This document shows, in pieces, positions 1 through 9,911 of a DNA stretch of 64,000 nucleotides; positions within the stretch are counted from its first letter, which is position 1, and each line of letters begins with the position of its first letter. The position numbers and the translations under genes are program-made. Origin of the DNA: an uncultured Bacilli bacterium (GTDB lineage: Bacteria > Bacillota_I > Bacilli_A > RF39 > UBA660). Below the pieces are notes generated by a model, which made no database searches, was not told where the DNA came from, and was given only the letters and a program-made list of their open reading frames with translations. The DNA is taken from the NCBI GenBank assembly GCA_934131005.1, contig CAKOYV010000007.1:6689-70688 (forward strand), given 5' to 3'.

Positions 1-414
1 TTATTAGAAAACATCATTATATATCCTGTAAAAAATTCTAAAAACTCATCAATCTTCATCTTTATAATTCCCTTAGCCGGATCCATAATAACAAGCCTTT
101 TATTATTAATTTTATACAAAACAACAAAATGTTCATAATTATTACAAATAACCTGACATATAGAGGGCATCTTAATTTCATCAAGATTATTTATAAATTC
201 ACTCTCATCAATTTTAAAGCTTTTAACATCTAGTCCTATTTTTAAAGAAGCCTGCTTTAAATCATAAAAAGTTGTACCATTTTTATTAGTATTTGTTAAT
301 TCTGTAATTTTAGCAAGTGGAATATTACCACCATAATATTTAATAATAGAAGCTAAACAAGCAGCACCACACTCTTTATAACCATTCTGCATCACCACAA
401 TTTTTTTATTCATC
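1..414 (-). pseudogene. N-terminal C39 (bacteriocin-processing) peptidase domain of a probable peptidase-containing ABC exporter; frameshifted, continues beyond the window start
   Basis: Minus-strand ATG at 414-412 preceded by AGGAGG. Frame A gives MNKKIVVMQNGYKECGAA, then reaches a stop. Frame +1 continues LLCLASIIKYYGGNIPLAKITEL... to the window edge. Joined, they give the C39 motif Q-x4-ECGxACL-x3-I-x-YYG. A one-nucleotide (T-run) frameshift lies near 360-364. Confidence 0.45.
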
Positions 415-1233
415 TTTTACCTCCTCTACTTATATCATTCGCTAAAACTTTATCATTTCCTTCTAAATTAGAAAAAAAGTTAAAAAAATTTTAAACAAAC
501 ATAAAAAAGCCTTAAAATACAAGTTAAAAAGTATTATAAAAAAATGAATTTTTTTATAATGGAAAATTTATAGAATTTATATGTCAGGAATGCAAAACTA
601 AAAAAAAATTCCTACTGAAATAGTAGAAATGTTAGATGCAGCAGATAGTAATGGTGTAGATACTAGTTATCCACCAAGATTTGATTGTGAAAAATGTTCA
701 GGAAAGATAGTTCCAATTTACTACATAAGCGTTCATGGAAAAATTCATGAATATAAAGAAAAATAAATTATCAAAAGGATTTCTACTATCCTTTATTTAA
801 TCGTGTCCCTTTTTATTAAGATACGATTTTTTTAATACTCTGAAACATAGAACTTTCCTATTTAATAAAAAAAGAAGTAAATGTAAGTAGTCATGAAACA
901 TTTAATAAAGCTAAACTAACAATATTAAATTTATAGAAAATTTTTTTAAGAAATCAAACAATATTTTATTTAATCAGTAAAGGAAATTAAAATAATACAA
1001 ATAATGACATTCCGCAATTTAAAAAAATCATATTTTTATTTTGTGAATCTTTTAATGATTTTTTAAAATCGTAGTAGCAATATCTTGTATCTTCAATATT
1101 CCTGGTTTCTTATTTTGGGAGATAGTCATATTTTAATCAGCTATTTTTTATCCTGAGTCAACACTATTAGTATTGAATTGTTTAAATTTTCTTATCAAAA
1201 TTAAGTCCATAAAAGTATTTTTTAATATATTTA

Positions 1234-1878
1234 CTATTTATTCATTTGGGTTGCTGATAGCTTAACATTTAATTGAATACAAGGAGTTTCTGGGTTGCTT
1301 TTAGTATATTGATAAGCCTTATTTCCCCAATAGGTATCATCTTTATCTTTTAGGTTACCATTATCATCTACAGTTTCGTAAGGCCACGTTACAGTTACTA
1401 AAAAACTTGCTACTCCACCTTTACCACTTATAATATCTTTATCTGAAGATATTTTTATTTTAAAGGGGTAATTTTTATTTATTGTATCCTCTAGTTCTGA
1501 TGAGGTCATTGACCCCTCACTAACTTCATAAGTTTTATCAAATATTCTTATACTAACTAATTCATAATAAAGCTTAGCAGATACTTCTCCATCATTTGTT
1601 ACTGTAACTTTTTGTTCATTATCCTTCATTCCTGGATAGATTTCATCTATTTCAAATTTAATATAATCACTCATAAGCTGATTATCAAATCTAAATGATA
1701 CATTCCAAGCTTTGACTTTGACATCAATATCACTATCTATCTTGTTCATATAAATAAACCAAGCAAAGGAATTACTAACAAGAAGAAGTGCTATAAATAG
1801 TAAATAGCTAAGTTTAAATCTTTTCTTTATTACTTTACAAATGGCTTTTAACACTTTATTCTCTTTTATTTTTTTCAT
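1234..1878 (-). CDS. Small secreted TasA/camelysin-like protein with SipW-cognate-type signal peptide (cassette 4 substrate)
   Basis: N-terminal K-rich region, hydrophobic core, then SNSFAWF motif resembling TasA/CalY GT(W/F)A(A/F)F. C-terminal beta-strand motif VTWPYETVDD...CIQLNVKL is shared with the other family members here. Start overlaps the upstream SipW-like gene by 1 nt (ATGA). Confidence 0.5.
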   Translation of the reverse strand: MKKIKENKVLKAICKVIKKRFKLSYLLFIALLLVSNSFAWFIYMNKIDSDIDVKVKAWNVSFRFDNQLMSDYIKFEIDEIYPGMKDNEQKVTVTNDGEVSAKLYYELVSIRIFDKTYEVSEGSMTSSELEDTINKNYPFKIKISSDKDIISGKGGVASFLVTVTWPYETVDDNGNLKDKDDTYWGNKAYQYTKSNPETPCIQLNVKLSATQMNK

Positions 1879-2441
1879 TAATTTTTCTTTTCTTTTTCGT
1901 GGATTATATCTATCACTTCAAGAAATATCATTACTGCAAAAGGAACAAAAATAATGAAATAAAAGCCATATATATTATTTACCAATTTACTAAGCAAACT
2001 TAAGATTAATAGTTTTTTAGCAACCACTCCATATATTTGATTTTCTGAGACAACTGGATCTTCTATGGTATTAGCAATTCCCTTGGTATGAAATTCTAAT
2101 TCATTACCTTTTTTTGCTATTTTAATCACTTGGTGAGTTACTATTTTCCCTTCAAATGTTCCACTTTTTCCCATATAGACAATATCATCACCTACTTTTA
2201 TCTCACTAGTGGGTATTTTTTTTGATAGTAACATATCCCCTACTTGATATTTTGGAACCATACTTTCTGTTATAATTGTAAAGACGCTATATCCACCAAC
2301 GGTTACTTTATTGTTAGATATTCTTTGTGTAAAAATAACACTTACAATTAGAACTATAAATAAAATTGTTATTGCTTTTACTATTTTATAGATAATTCTT
2401 AAATATTTATTACTTTTTATTTTATTTATTGTATTTTTCAT
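1878..2441 (-). CDS. SipW-like type I signal peptidase (archaeal/eukaryal Sec11-type), paralog 4
   Basis: N-terminal TM helix, TESMVP (SipW SGSMEP-like catalytic Ser), GD motif, VTHQV (catalytic His), C-terminal TM helix. 187 aa, typical SipW size. Confidence 0.6.
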   Translation of the reverse strand: MKNTINKIKSNKYLRIIYKIVKAITILFIVLIVSVIFTQRISNNKVTVGGYSVFTIITESMVPKYQVGDMLLSKKIPTSEIKVGDDIVYMGKSGTFEGKIVTHQVIKIAKKGNELEFHTKGIANTIEDPVVSENQIYGVVAKKLLILSLLSKLVNNIYGFYFIIFVPFAVMIFLEVIDIIHEKEKKN

Positions 2442-2462
2442 ACTTCACCAACCACATCTATT

Positions 2463-3572
2463 CTATATCTCTATTTTTTCTATTTTATTTAAATATTTTT
2501 TTATATATCTTGTATAAATATCTATAATTTTTCTATTACTTACTACTTGTTTATATTTTATTTTTCCATATTGCATAGAAACTAATCTTTTTAATTCTTC
2601 TTCGCTAATATTTTCATTTAATTTCATTAGTTCTTCTATCATATTATAAGTAATTTTAGATGTTACTTCTTCTTTTTCTTCAATACTTAATTCTTCATTA
2701 TTTAACTTATTCATAATTAAATAATTTAAAAGAAAAGTTTCATCAAAGTTGTGTTTTAAATTTCCTTTATCTTGATAGTTCTTTTTCTCTTTTTTTATTT
2801 CTGGCTTTTTCATTACTTCTTCTTGCAGATAATTCCATAACTTTTCAGCATATTGAAAATTTACATTTTTTAAGATTACATTTGTTTTCTTTATAGGAGA
2901 TGTCACTAGTGCAACATGGAGTTTAGATAAAGTTTTATACACTTCACTGCTAGTTAAATCTGATATTTGTAATTCTAATTTTTCTATTCTAGTTTTGATA
3001 TCTAATTCACTATTTTTAGATGACTTATTATCTAGTTTTGAATCTAGTTGCATTGACATATTTACTTTTTCTTTACCAATAGTTGTAGTAGCATTATACT
3101 CAATTAGTTTGCTATCTTTAACTTCTCCAGGGATTATTCCATCTTGTTTTTTCCTAGCAATAAAGCCTTTCATATTTTGAATTAAACTATAGATAAAACG
3201 ATTTTCATAAGTATTAAAACTTTCTTCTTTATTTATATTTAGTATTTTTGATGGTCTTACATTTCCTGTTTTTTTATCATAATCTTGAATTAAGTTTGTA
3301 TTTCTTGATAAGTGTTTAATACTTTCTACCGTAACTCTTCTTGCTAGTTCTATTTTTACAATATCTTCTTCATTTACAATAAAGCGATTGGGATTTCTTA
3401 AAATGTTGTCTAGATAATATATTGTATCTTCCATTCTTTCTATCCATTCTAAGTTGTTATCAACTTTTTCATAATCACTCTTGACATTTACGGTAGATTG
3501 AACACTTTGTTGAAAGTTTTTTATTTTTTTTTCATCTGTTTTTTGATATAAATTTATGATATCTAAGCCCAT
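2463..3572 (-). CDS. Coiled-coil protein encoded immediately downstream of the McrB-family AAA+ gene (McrC position); no clear nuclease motif seen
   Basis: 369-aa ORF starts 19 nt after the stop of the 3591..5111 gene. K/E-rich heptad-like C-terminal half. No unambiguous PD-(D/E)xK motif was identified by eye. Confidence 0.45.
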   Translation of the reverse strand: MGLDIINLYQKTDEKKIKNFQQSVQSTVNVKSDYEKVDNNLEWIERMEDTIYYLDNILRNPNRFIVNEEDIVKIELARRVTVESIKHLSRNTNLIQDYDKKTGNVRPSKILNINKEESFNTYENRFIYSLIQNMKGFIARKKQDGIIPGEVKDSKLIEYNATTTIGKEKVNMSMQLDSKLDNKSSKNSELDIKTRIEKLELQISDLTSSEVYKTLSKLHVALVTSPIKKTNVILKNVNFQYAEKLWNYLQEEVMKKPEIKKEKKNYQDKGNLKHNFDETFLLNYLIMNKLNNEELSIEEKEEVTSKITYNMIEELMKLNENISEEELKRLVSMQYGKIKYKQVVSNRKIIDIYTRYIKKYLNKIEKIEI

Positions 3573-3590
3573 TTAATCAGCTTCTTTCTA

Positions 3591-5111
3591 TTATGTTAAT
3601 TTTTTTAATCTTAACAAATATTCTTCACATTCTTTCATTTTTCCTTTACCAAATGTTTTATCTAAGAATTCAATATAGCCATCGATTTCATCTCTTATAT
3701 AGGATACATTTAATTGTTCAAATTTTCGTAATACTTTTCTTGCTAAGAAGTAATCTACTCCATCTACTTCTTCTCCTCCACAGGCTACATAAACAGGAAC
3801 GAATTTTTTCATGTGAGCTACTATTCTGTTACCAAAAGCTATTCTGAAGTGTTTGATAACATAGTCATCCATTACTTCTATTTTATCTAGGGTATCTTGA
3901 CTAATTGGATTATTATTAATTGCATCTTGAAATAATTTATCTAGATAAGTATAATTAATATCTTGAGCATCAACATCTTCCGGTTCAAACACTTGTCCTT
4001 TATCATTAATATCAAGAGGCATTGCTCTATCATATACTTTATCAGTTACCATAAATGTTGAATCATCATTATTAATGGTTCCTATATACCACATATTAGG
4101 TGGTATTTTTAATTTACCATCAACAATATTTTTGGGATCATTCTTCCAACTAGCACTTACTAATTCAACAATCCATTCATCTTTATTGGGCATTTCTAGT
4201 ATAGATAACATTTCCGCAAAATAATACTCTACTCTAGAAATGTTCATCTCATCCAGAATAACTGTATAAACATCATCTGTATATCCTGCTAAATACATTT
4301 CTTTTAATACTTCTGTTTCATTAAACTTTTTAGTAAATTCATTGAAATAACCAAATAATTCAGTTCTATCTCTCCATGATGGCTGAACAGATGCTACGCA
4401 AGAGTCATGTTTTAAAAATTTTCCCCAAGCATATGCTAAAGATGTTTTACCTGTTCCAGATATACCTTGTAAGATAACTAATTTAGTAGAAGCTAAGGCT
4501 GATATGAATAGTCTAATCATCTCTGTTTTATAATAAAGTTTTAAGTGAGAAGCTGAAAAATTTCTAAAATTTTCTACTAATTCAGGTAGCGTAAAATTAT
4601 TATTATAATTTTTTATTTTATAGTTAGCAAAAGCTTCATCAAGAGAATGTAATTTAGGAAAACGAATTCCTTCTCCATCTAGTGCTGCATCTTTATCTTT
4701 ATCTTCTTCAGTACTCTCTTCTCCTGGTTTTAATCCCAAGTGAGAAACTTTCATTGCCAAAATACTTTCTTTTTCTTTCATTAAACTGGATACTTCATTA
4801 TTTAAATTTGCTACTTCTTCTAATAAATCTTCTTGTTCTACTATTGTCTTTCTGAATCTTAAATATTTTCTGATTAAGAAGAATATTATTAAAAAAATAG
4901 ATAAAACTAAAACAATGGTTAAAACAATAGCAAGAATAACAAATACCCATTCTGGGCCATTAAAATCATCTTTATAAAAGTTAATGATTTTAATATATGC
5001 GGATATATTAAATATTTCTTTTATTCCATTTACTAATCCAAAGAAAATTGTTTTTATTCCTGAAAAAAACTGCATTAAAAACTCATATAAAAATCTTAAG
5101 AATGTCTGCAT
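3591..5111 (-). CDS. Membrane-anchored McrB-family (AAA_5/MoxR-like) AAA+ GTPase/ATPase
   Basis: N-terminal TM helix (WVFVILAIVLTIVLVLSIFLIIFFLI) followed by coiled coil. Walker A VILQGISGTGKTS. McrB-type Walker B / sensor ILDEMNISRVEYYFAEMLSILE (compare McrB IIDEINRANLSKVFGE...LE). IGTINNDDSTF...VYDRAMPL (compare McrB IGTMNTADRS...ALRRRF). Confidence 0.65.
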   Translation of the reverse strand: MQTFLRFLYEFLMQFFSGIKTIFFGLVNGIKEIFNISAYIKIINFYKDDFNGPEWVFVILAIVLTIVLVLSIFLIIFFLIRKYLRFRKTIVEQEDLLEEVANLNNEVSSLMKEKESILAMKVSHLGLKPGEESTEEDKDKDAALDGEGIRFPKLHSLDEAFANYKIKNYNNNFTLPELVENFRNFSASHLKLYYKTEMIRLFISALASTKLVILQGISGTGKTSLAYAWGKFLKHDSCVASVQPSWRDRTELFGYFNEFTKKFNETEVLKEMYLAGYTDDVYTVILDEMNISRVEYYFAEMLSILEMPNKDEWIVELVSASWKNDPKNIVDGKLKIPPNMWYIGTINNDDSTFMVTDKVYDRAMPLDINDKGQVFEPEDVDAQDINYTYLDKLFQDAINNNPISQDTLDKIEVMDDYVIKHFRIAFGNRIVAHMKKFVPVYVACGGEEVDGVDYFLARKVLRKFEQLNVSYIRDEIDGYIEFLDKTFGKGKMKECEEYLLRLKKLT

Positions 5112-5122
5112 TTCATCACTTC

Positions 5123-6079
5123 CTAAATTGCTATATAATCATTATTATCTACTAATTCTTTTAATTCTCCATTAAAAAAGATATTAGTAAAGTAATCTGT
5201 ATTTCTACCCTTTATCATTATATAGTCTTCATATTTATTAATTATAAGTCCAAATGAATATCCTTCTTTAATTAAGGAACATATCTCTTCTTCATGACTT
5301 AAGAATTCAGCTGGACTAATAGAAAGAATTATATTTTCTTTGATAATATCTGTATTAAATATTTCTTTAAATTTATTTTTTCTAGAGATAGTTTCTAATA
5401 ATTTAGGAGAGAATTCTACTAAATATTTCTTCTTAAAGTTACCTTTTATAATATTTTTTAAGATTAAACTACTAACTAAATAATATTCTACTAATAATTT
5501 ATTTACTGCTACTATTGATTCTGTTTTTACTTTATCAATAGCGTACTCACTATAAAGATTAGGAATAGAGATATTATCATTTAAATATACAATATAGATA
5601 GATGCATTTCTAATTTTCTTGCAGGTTATATAAAAATCATTAGAAGAAGTTTTTTTTAAGTACTTTTCTTTTCTATGCCAATCGGATAGTACTTCTTTTT
5701 TAAAGTTAGAAACAAAATCATCATCATATATTCCTAATTTTTCCTGCCTTATTTTATTTAGTTCTATAGCTTCTTGTTGAAGAGTTTGTTTACCTTTATA
5801 TTTTTTTACACCATCTAGATAATAAAGCATTTTAAATAATTCTAAAATAAATTTGGAAACATTACTTGAATTATTTAGATAAACTTTCTCTAGAGCATTA
5901 TTAAGAGTTGCTTCAAGAGTGCTTTTATTTGCTATTTCTTCATTATAATATCTAATATTTGCATATTCTTCTATATATTGTTTAAATGTGTCTTTCTTAA
6001 AATACTTACCCATAATCATCTTAGTATAAACTTCTAAGTTATTTAAAGAAAAATCTACATATTTTGTTATAATATCCAT
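5123..6079 (-). CDS. Hypothetical cytoplasmic protein (318 aa) in the SipW/TasA-like operon
   Basis: Long ORF, tightly spaced with neighbours (12 nt to next gene). No confident motif. Confidence 0.45.
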   Translation of the reverse strand: MDIITKYVDFSLNNLEVYTKMIMGKYFKKDTFKQYIEEYANIRYYNEEIANKSTLEATLNNALEKVYLNNSSNVSKFILELFKMLYYLDGVKKYKGKQTLQQEAIELNKIRQEKLGIYDDDFVSNFKKEVLSDWHRKEKYLKKTSSNDFYITCKKIRNASIYIVYLNDNISIPNLYSEYAIDKVKTESIVAVNKLLVEYYLVSSLILKNIIKGNFKKKYLVEFSPKLLETISRKNKFKEIFNTDIIKENIILSISPAEFLSHEEEICSLIKEGYSFGLIINKYEDYIMIKGRNTDYFTNIFFNGELKELVDNNDYIAI

Positions 6080-6095
6080 TAAAATCTCCTTCTTT

Positions 6096-7076
6096 CTAAC
6101 TATATTCTACTTTAATAATAGAAGTATTATCTGTATTTGGATAAGTATAATTTATGGTTGTGTCTTTTTTATAGAATTTAACTTGCTTACTAGATAGAGC
6201 TTCAATAGAAAAGGTAATTGCTGTTACATATTCATAATTTCCAATTTTTTTAGTAGTGGTGTTTATTGCACTTAAATAGGATTCGTCTGTCATATCTAAA
6301 AGTACTTTTTTTGGATCAAAAGTCAATGTAATGAGAGCTGATTTACATTTGTTTTTTTCTTCATCAGTTAAGGATAAATAAGTTGAAATATCTATTTGGG
6401 AATTAACTTTATATTCCCCAAATGCTTCTTTAACTGTGTAATAATCAAGAGTATTTGTTATTTTAGTTTCTAAATAAGGACTTCCCTTTTTATCATTAAT
6501 TTCATAGGATAGCCCATAATAGCCTACGATTAATTTAAAGGTACCCGTTATCTTTTTTCGATATGGTGATGTAGAGATTGCCTCTACCTTAAGAGTCACA
6601 CTATCTTTATCATGGAGCGTTGTTGATGTTGGAATTGTTATTACCACGCTAAAGCTATCTTGGTTGCTACTAGATGGTATCATACTTTTTTCTTTATCAT
6701 CTTTAATACTACAGACAACATTATCTGAACAAGAATACTTAATATTATAATAAATATCACTGGTACTTTTTACTTTGCTATTACTTAAACTATTCATATT
6801 AAAGGTCACTTCATATTGTCCTACTCCTGACCAGTTAGTCATTTCAATATTAGCTCCTTTGCTAGACAATTTATCACAGTTAAAATAAAATCCTTTTGTT
6901 GATAAATAATAATCTTTAATATCTAAATAGGCATATTTCGCATAACTAGCACTACTCCCTATTAAAATAATCAATATAATATATATAACGATTGCTTTAA
7001 ACTGCCATTTCCCATTTTTTTTAATTATTAATATTTCTTTTATTTTGGATAATTTTGTTTTGATTTTTTCTAACAT
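6096..7076 (-). CDS. Secreted protein with SipW-cognate-type signal peptide (cassette 3 substrate)
   Basis: N-terminal TM/hydrophobic core IVIYIILIILIGSSASYAKYAY, with the (S/T)YA(K/W)(Y/F) motif. Located 4 nt downstream of a SipW-like gene. Confidence 0.5.
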   Translation of the reverse strand: MLEKIKTKLSKIKEILIIKKNGKWQFKAIVIYIILIILIGSSASYAKYAYLDIKDYYLSTKGFYFNCDKLSSKGANIEMTNWSGVGQYEVTFNMNSLSNSKVKSTSDIYYNIKYSCSDNVVCSIKDDKEKSMIPSSSNQDSFSVVITIPTSTTLHDKDSVTLKVEAISTSPYRKKITGTFKLIVGYYGLSYEINDKKGSPYLETKITNTLDYYTVKEAFGEYKVNSQIDISTYLSLTDEEKNKCKSALITLTFDPKKVLLDMTDESYLSAINTTTKKIGNYEYVTAITFSIEALSSKQVKFYKKDTTINYTYPNTDNTSIIKVEYS

Positions 7077-7080
7077 ATAA

Positions 7081-7560
7081 TTAGCACCTTAATTCTTTTA
7101 AGATAGAATATACTTCGTACAAAAATGCTACTAAAATTGGAAAAATAATAATTACTAAATATCCCCATTTAGATTCAAGAATTGATAAAAGATTTCCAAG
7201 AAAAGGGATAACAATACTATTGTTACTAATACCAATTAAGAATTTTTTATCAACAACTGTATCATCAATAACAACACTATCTTTATTAATGCTATTAATT
7301 GTTCCCGTTTGAATATAATATTTTTTTCCTCTAGATACATAATAAAATACTTTCATTTTTTCTTTATAAGTACTTTTATTATTCACAATAACTAAATCTC
7401 CTTTATTATAAGTTTCAGTTTTATCATTTTTTACAATTATCAAAGTATTATTATTAAATTCTGTAGTGTTATAGTCATTGTATGCTAATAAACATATTGT
7501 GGTAATTACTGCTACTACAGTATAAATAATAATTATAATATGGCTAATTTTCTTTTTCAT
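7081..7560 (-). CDS. SipW-like signal peptidase paralog 3, apparently degenerate (catalytic Ser/His motifs not found)
   Basis: Same architecture as the other SipW paralogs: N-terminal TM, GDLVIV box, C-terminal TM YLVIIIFPILVAFLYEVY. Lacks the S-M/L-E/V-P and T/Y-H motifs present in the other three. Confidence 0.45.
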   Translation of the reverse strand: MKKKISHIIIIIYTVVAVITTICLLAYNDYNTTEFNNNTLIIVKNDKTETYNKGDLVIVNNKSTYKEKMKVFYYVSRGKKYYIQTGTINSINKDSVVIDDTVVDKKFLIGISNNSIVIPFLGNLLSILESKWGYLVIIIFPILVAFLYEVYSILKELRC

Positions 7561-7762
7561 AACTACTATACCTCTCCTACTTTCTCCTATTTAAGTATAG
7601 CACATCTATACTAACATTGTAAATAAAATATGCTATGCAAGTAAAAAAATAAATTTTCACATAGATTTTTATTGAAAGTGCACAATTAATGTGCAATAAG
7701 TTTTAGAAACATATATAATATCTTCTTAAGCAATTTATTTGTCATTAAGGAGGTATTGAAAA

Positions 7763-8640
7763 TGACAAATTATTCTCATTTGTCTTATGAAGATAGAAAA
7801 AAATATTGAAGATGGATTAAATGAAAATAAATCCATAAATCAAATTGCTAAAGAATTATGTAGAAATCATTCTACACTCTTAAGGAAAATAGATAGAAAC
7901 AAAAAACATTTGGAACCATCCATCAACCTAGAATAATTATAAAATTAATCATCCTGATATTTTGGATTTCAGCAAAAGCTCTTTTTATCGTTATATTAAA
8001 AATGGAATTTTTGAATTGGTCTTTTAGATTTTCTGAGAATTGTTAAATATAAAAAAAGAAAAAAATCAAGCCAAAGAAGAACAAAAAAAGAACGTGAAAT
8101 ATAGATACTGTTGAAAGTTTACAAATTGTTTCCTTACATTACTTTGAAGAAAGTTTAAATTCATGCTTATATTTAAGTTAGAATTCCAAACAACTGATAA
8201 AGTAACAAGAATTTTTAAAGTATTATAAACTCTTATTCCTTTAGATATTTATAAAAGTTTATTTCAAATTATTCTTACTTACAATAGTCACGAACTTTTT
8301 GATGTTAGTAATATTGAATGTATTCATTCAACTGGTAAATATGTTCCTCATCTATTTTTGGGTAATTCGCAAGCTTCTAGTCAAAAAAGTTTCATTGAAA
8401 AAAATCATGAATTCATTAGATATATTTTACCTAAAGGTCCTCTTTCAAAAATATTACTCAAGAAGACTGTAATTTAATTATGAATAATATTAATTCATTA
8501 TGTAGAGATTCATTGAATAGCAAATCACCTTATGAAGCAATGCTATTCTTATGTGATGAAGATATATTAAAACTATTAAACTGCCATTATATTGAACATG
8601 ATAGTGTTAATTTATCAAATAATTTATTAAAACAAAAATA
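7763..8640 (+). pseudogene. IS30-family transposase remnant (multiple frameshifts/stops)
   Basis: MTNYSHLSYEDRKKY* / IEDGLNENKSINQIAKELCRNHSTLLRKIDRNKKH matches the IS30 N-terminal HTH (M.Y.HLT.EER..I......S...IA..L.R..ST..RE..RN). Later fragments NIDTVESLQIV (DDE region) and SLNSKSPYEAML (IS30 C-terminal ...R.CLG.KTP.E) appear in different frames. Confidence 0.5.
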
Positions 8641-8724
8641 ATTATAACTCAAACTATATTTATTCTTACGGCAAACAAATTGTCATAAATCCAATACTAT
8701 TTAACAAATCAAAGACACCAGTTT

Positions 8725-9309
8725 CTAATTATCAACAATTTTACTAGAATCAACATTTAGCTCAACTAATTCTATATTATCTTGATAAATAGCATCTTCA
8801 TCACTTTCATTAAAATAAATTAGTAAAGTATATGTATTTACCTTGGGTGTAGAAAAATATAATTTTTCTTTATTAAAAGTAAATTCTTGAAAATAAGTAC
8901 CGTCATCATCTTTTTCTATTACACTATTGTTATCATTAATTAAATTTACACTACTACTATCTCGATAATCACTATTTAAATACAATTTATATTGTAGTGG
9001 TAAATTTGTAGTAGTTCTAATTTTTAGAACATACTCAATATCAACATCACTTATCTTACTTTCTTTTTGATTAGAAATAGTAAAATTATAGACATATGGC
9101 TCGCTTCTTGGTACTAAATCACTTATTTTTATACTTTTATTTAACTTTCCAACTTCTAATAGATAAAAAGCTATACTAGTATCTACATTTCCTATTCCAG
9201 ATGATTGATATTTAGAAAAAGTTACCGGAAGAAATTTAATCAAGATTAATAAGAATAAAAACAAAATGTTAATTTTAGAAATAAGAAGAAATTTCTTTTT
9301 ACTAAACAT
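8725..9309 (-). CDS. Small secreted TasA-like protein (cassette 2 substrate)
   Basis: N-terminal signal-like hydrophobic segment with TFSKY motif. C-terminal LLIYFNESDED...IELVELNV resembles the family C-terminal motif. Lies immediately downstream of the SipW 9321..9911 gene. Confidence 0.45.
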   Translation of the reverse strand: MFSKKKFLLISKINILFLFLLILIKFLPVTFSKYQSSGIGNVDTSIAFYLLEVGKLNKSIKISDLVPRSEPYVYNFTISNQKESKISDVDIEYVLKIRTTTNLPLQYKLYLNSDYRDSSSVNLINDNNSVIEKDDDGTYFQEFTFNKEKLYFSTPKVNTYTLLIYFNESDEDAIYQDNIELVELNVDSSKIVDN

Positions 9310-9320
9310 AATATCCCTCC

Positions 9321-9911
9321 TTATTTATCTTTTAAAATAGGTATTTCTATTTCCTCTTCTTTTTTCTTTTTAATTCTTTTTTCTTTCTGTTTTTGTATTT
9401 TTTTTCTTTTAGTTTTATTATTATAGGAGAAAGTAAAACTAAATAATACTAAAGTAATAGTTAATAACGTAAACACCTTTGGAGTCATTAATACCTTTTT
9501 CCATATCCCAAATCTAGGTATTACTAAGACCACCTTTCCTAAAACATTCTCTTTTTTTACTTTTGCATCTTTGCTGTTATTAGCATCCCCCTTAGTAGTT
9601 ATTGTCTTACTGTCTATTTGAATTACTCTATGGGTTATAAACTCTTTATTTAAATTATAAGTTATTATATCTTTTTCTTGATAAGTACTATTTAATTTAA
9701 CAATTACTAAATCATTTTTATAAACAGCTGGCTCCATAGAACCACTAGCAATTTCAAAATAAGTATAACCAAAAAGACTTACATAGTCTTTTTTTTGAAT
9801 ATTTAAAGAAATATAACTATAAGTCATAAAAATAATTATTATGCTTATCAAGAATATTAAAATGTAGGTAATAATATTACCTATTTTATCTATTACTTTC
9901 ATCTTTATCAT
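9321..9911 (-). CDS. sipW: SipW-type type I signal peptidase (canonical motifs), paralog 2
   Basis: EIASGSMEPAVYKNDLVIV (SGSMEP catalytic Ser box), FITHRVIQ (His box), N- and C-terminal TM helices, K-rich C-terminal tail. 4-nt overlap with the upstream gene. Confidence 0.7.
   Translation of the reverse strand: MIKMKVIDKIGNIITYILIFLISIIIIFMTYSYISLNIQKKDYVSLFGYTYFEIASGSMEPAVYKNDLVIVKLNSTYQEKDIITYNLNKEFITHRVIQIDSKTITTKGDANNSKDAKVKKENVLGKVVLVIPRFGIWKKVLMTPKVFTLLTITLVLFSFTFSYNNKTKRKKIQKQKEKRIKKKKEEEIEIPILKDK

Noticed and set aside
5123-6079. Degenerate EAL (c-di-GMP phosphodiesterase) domain in the 318-aa protein
   Set aside because: Only a vague resemblance (SISPAEFL / GYSFGLI) without the EVLxR, DDFGTG or catalytic Glu/Lys positions; too weak to call.
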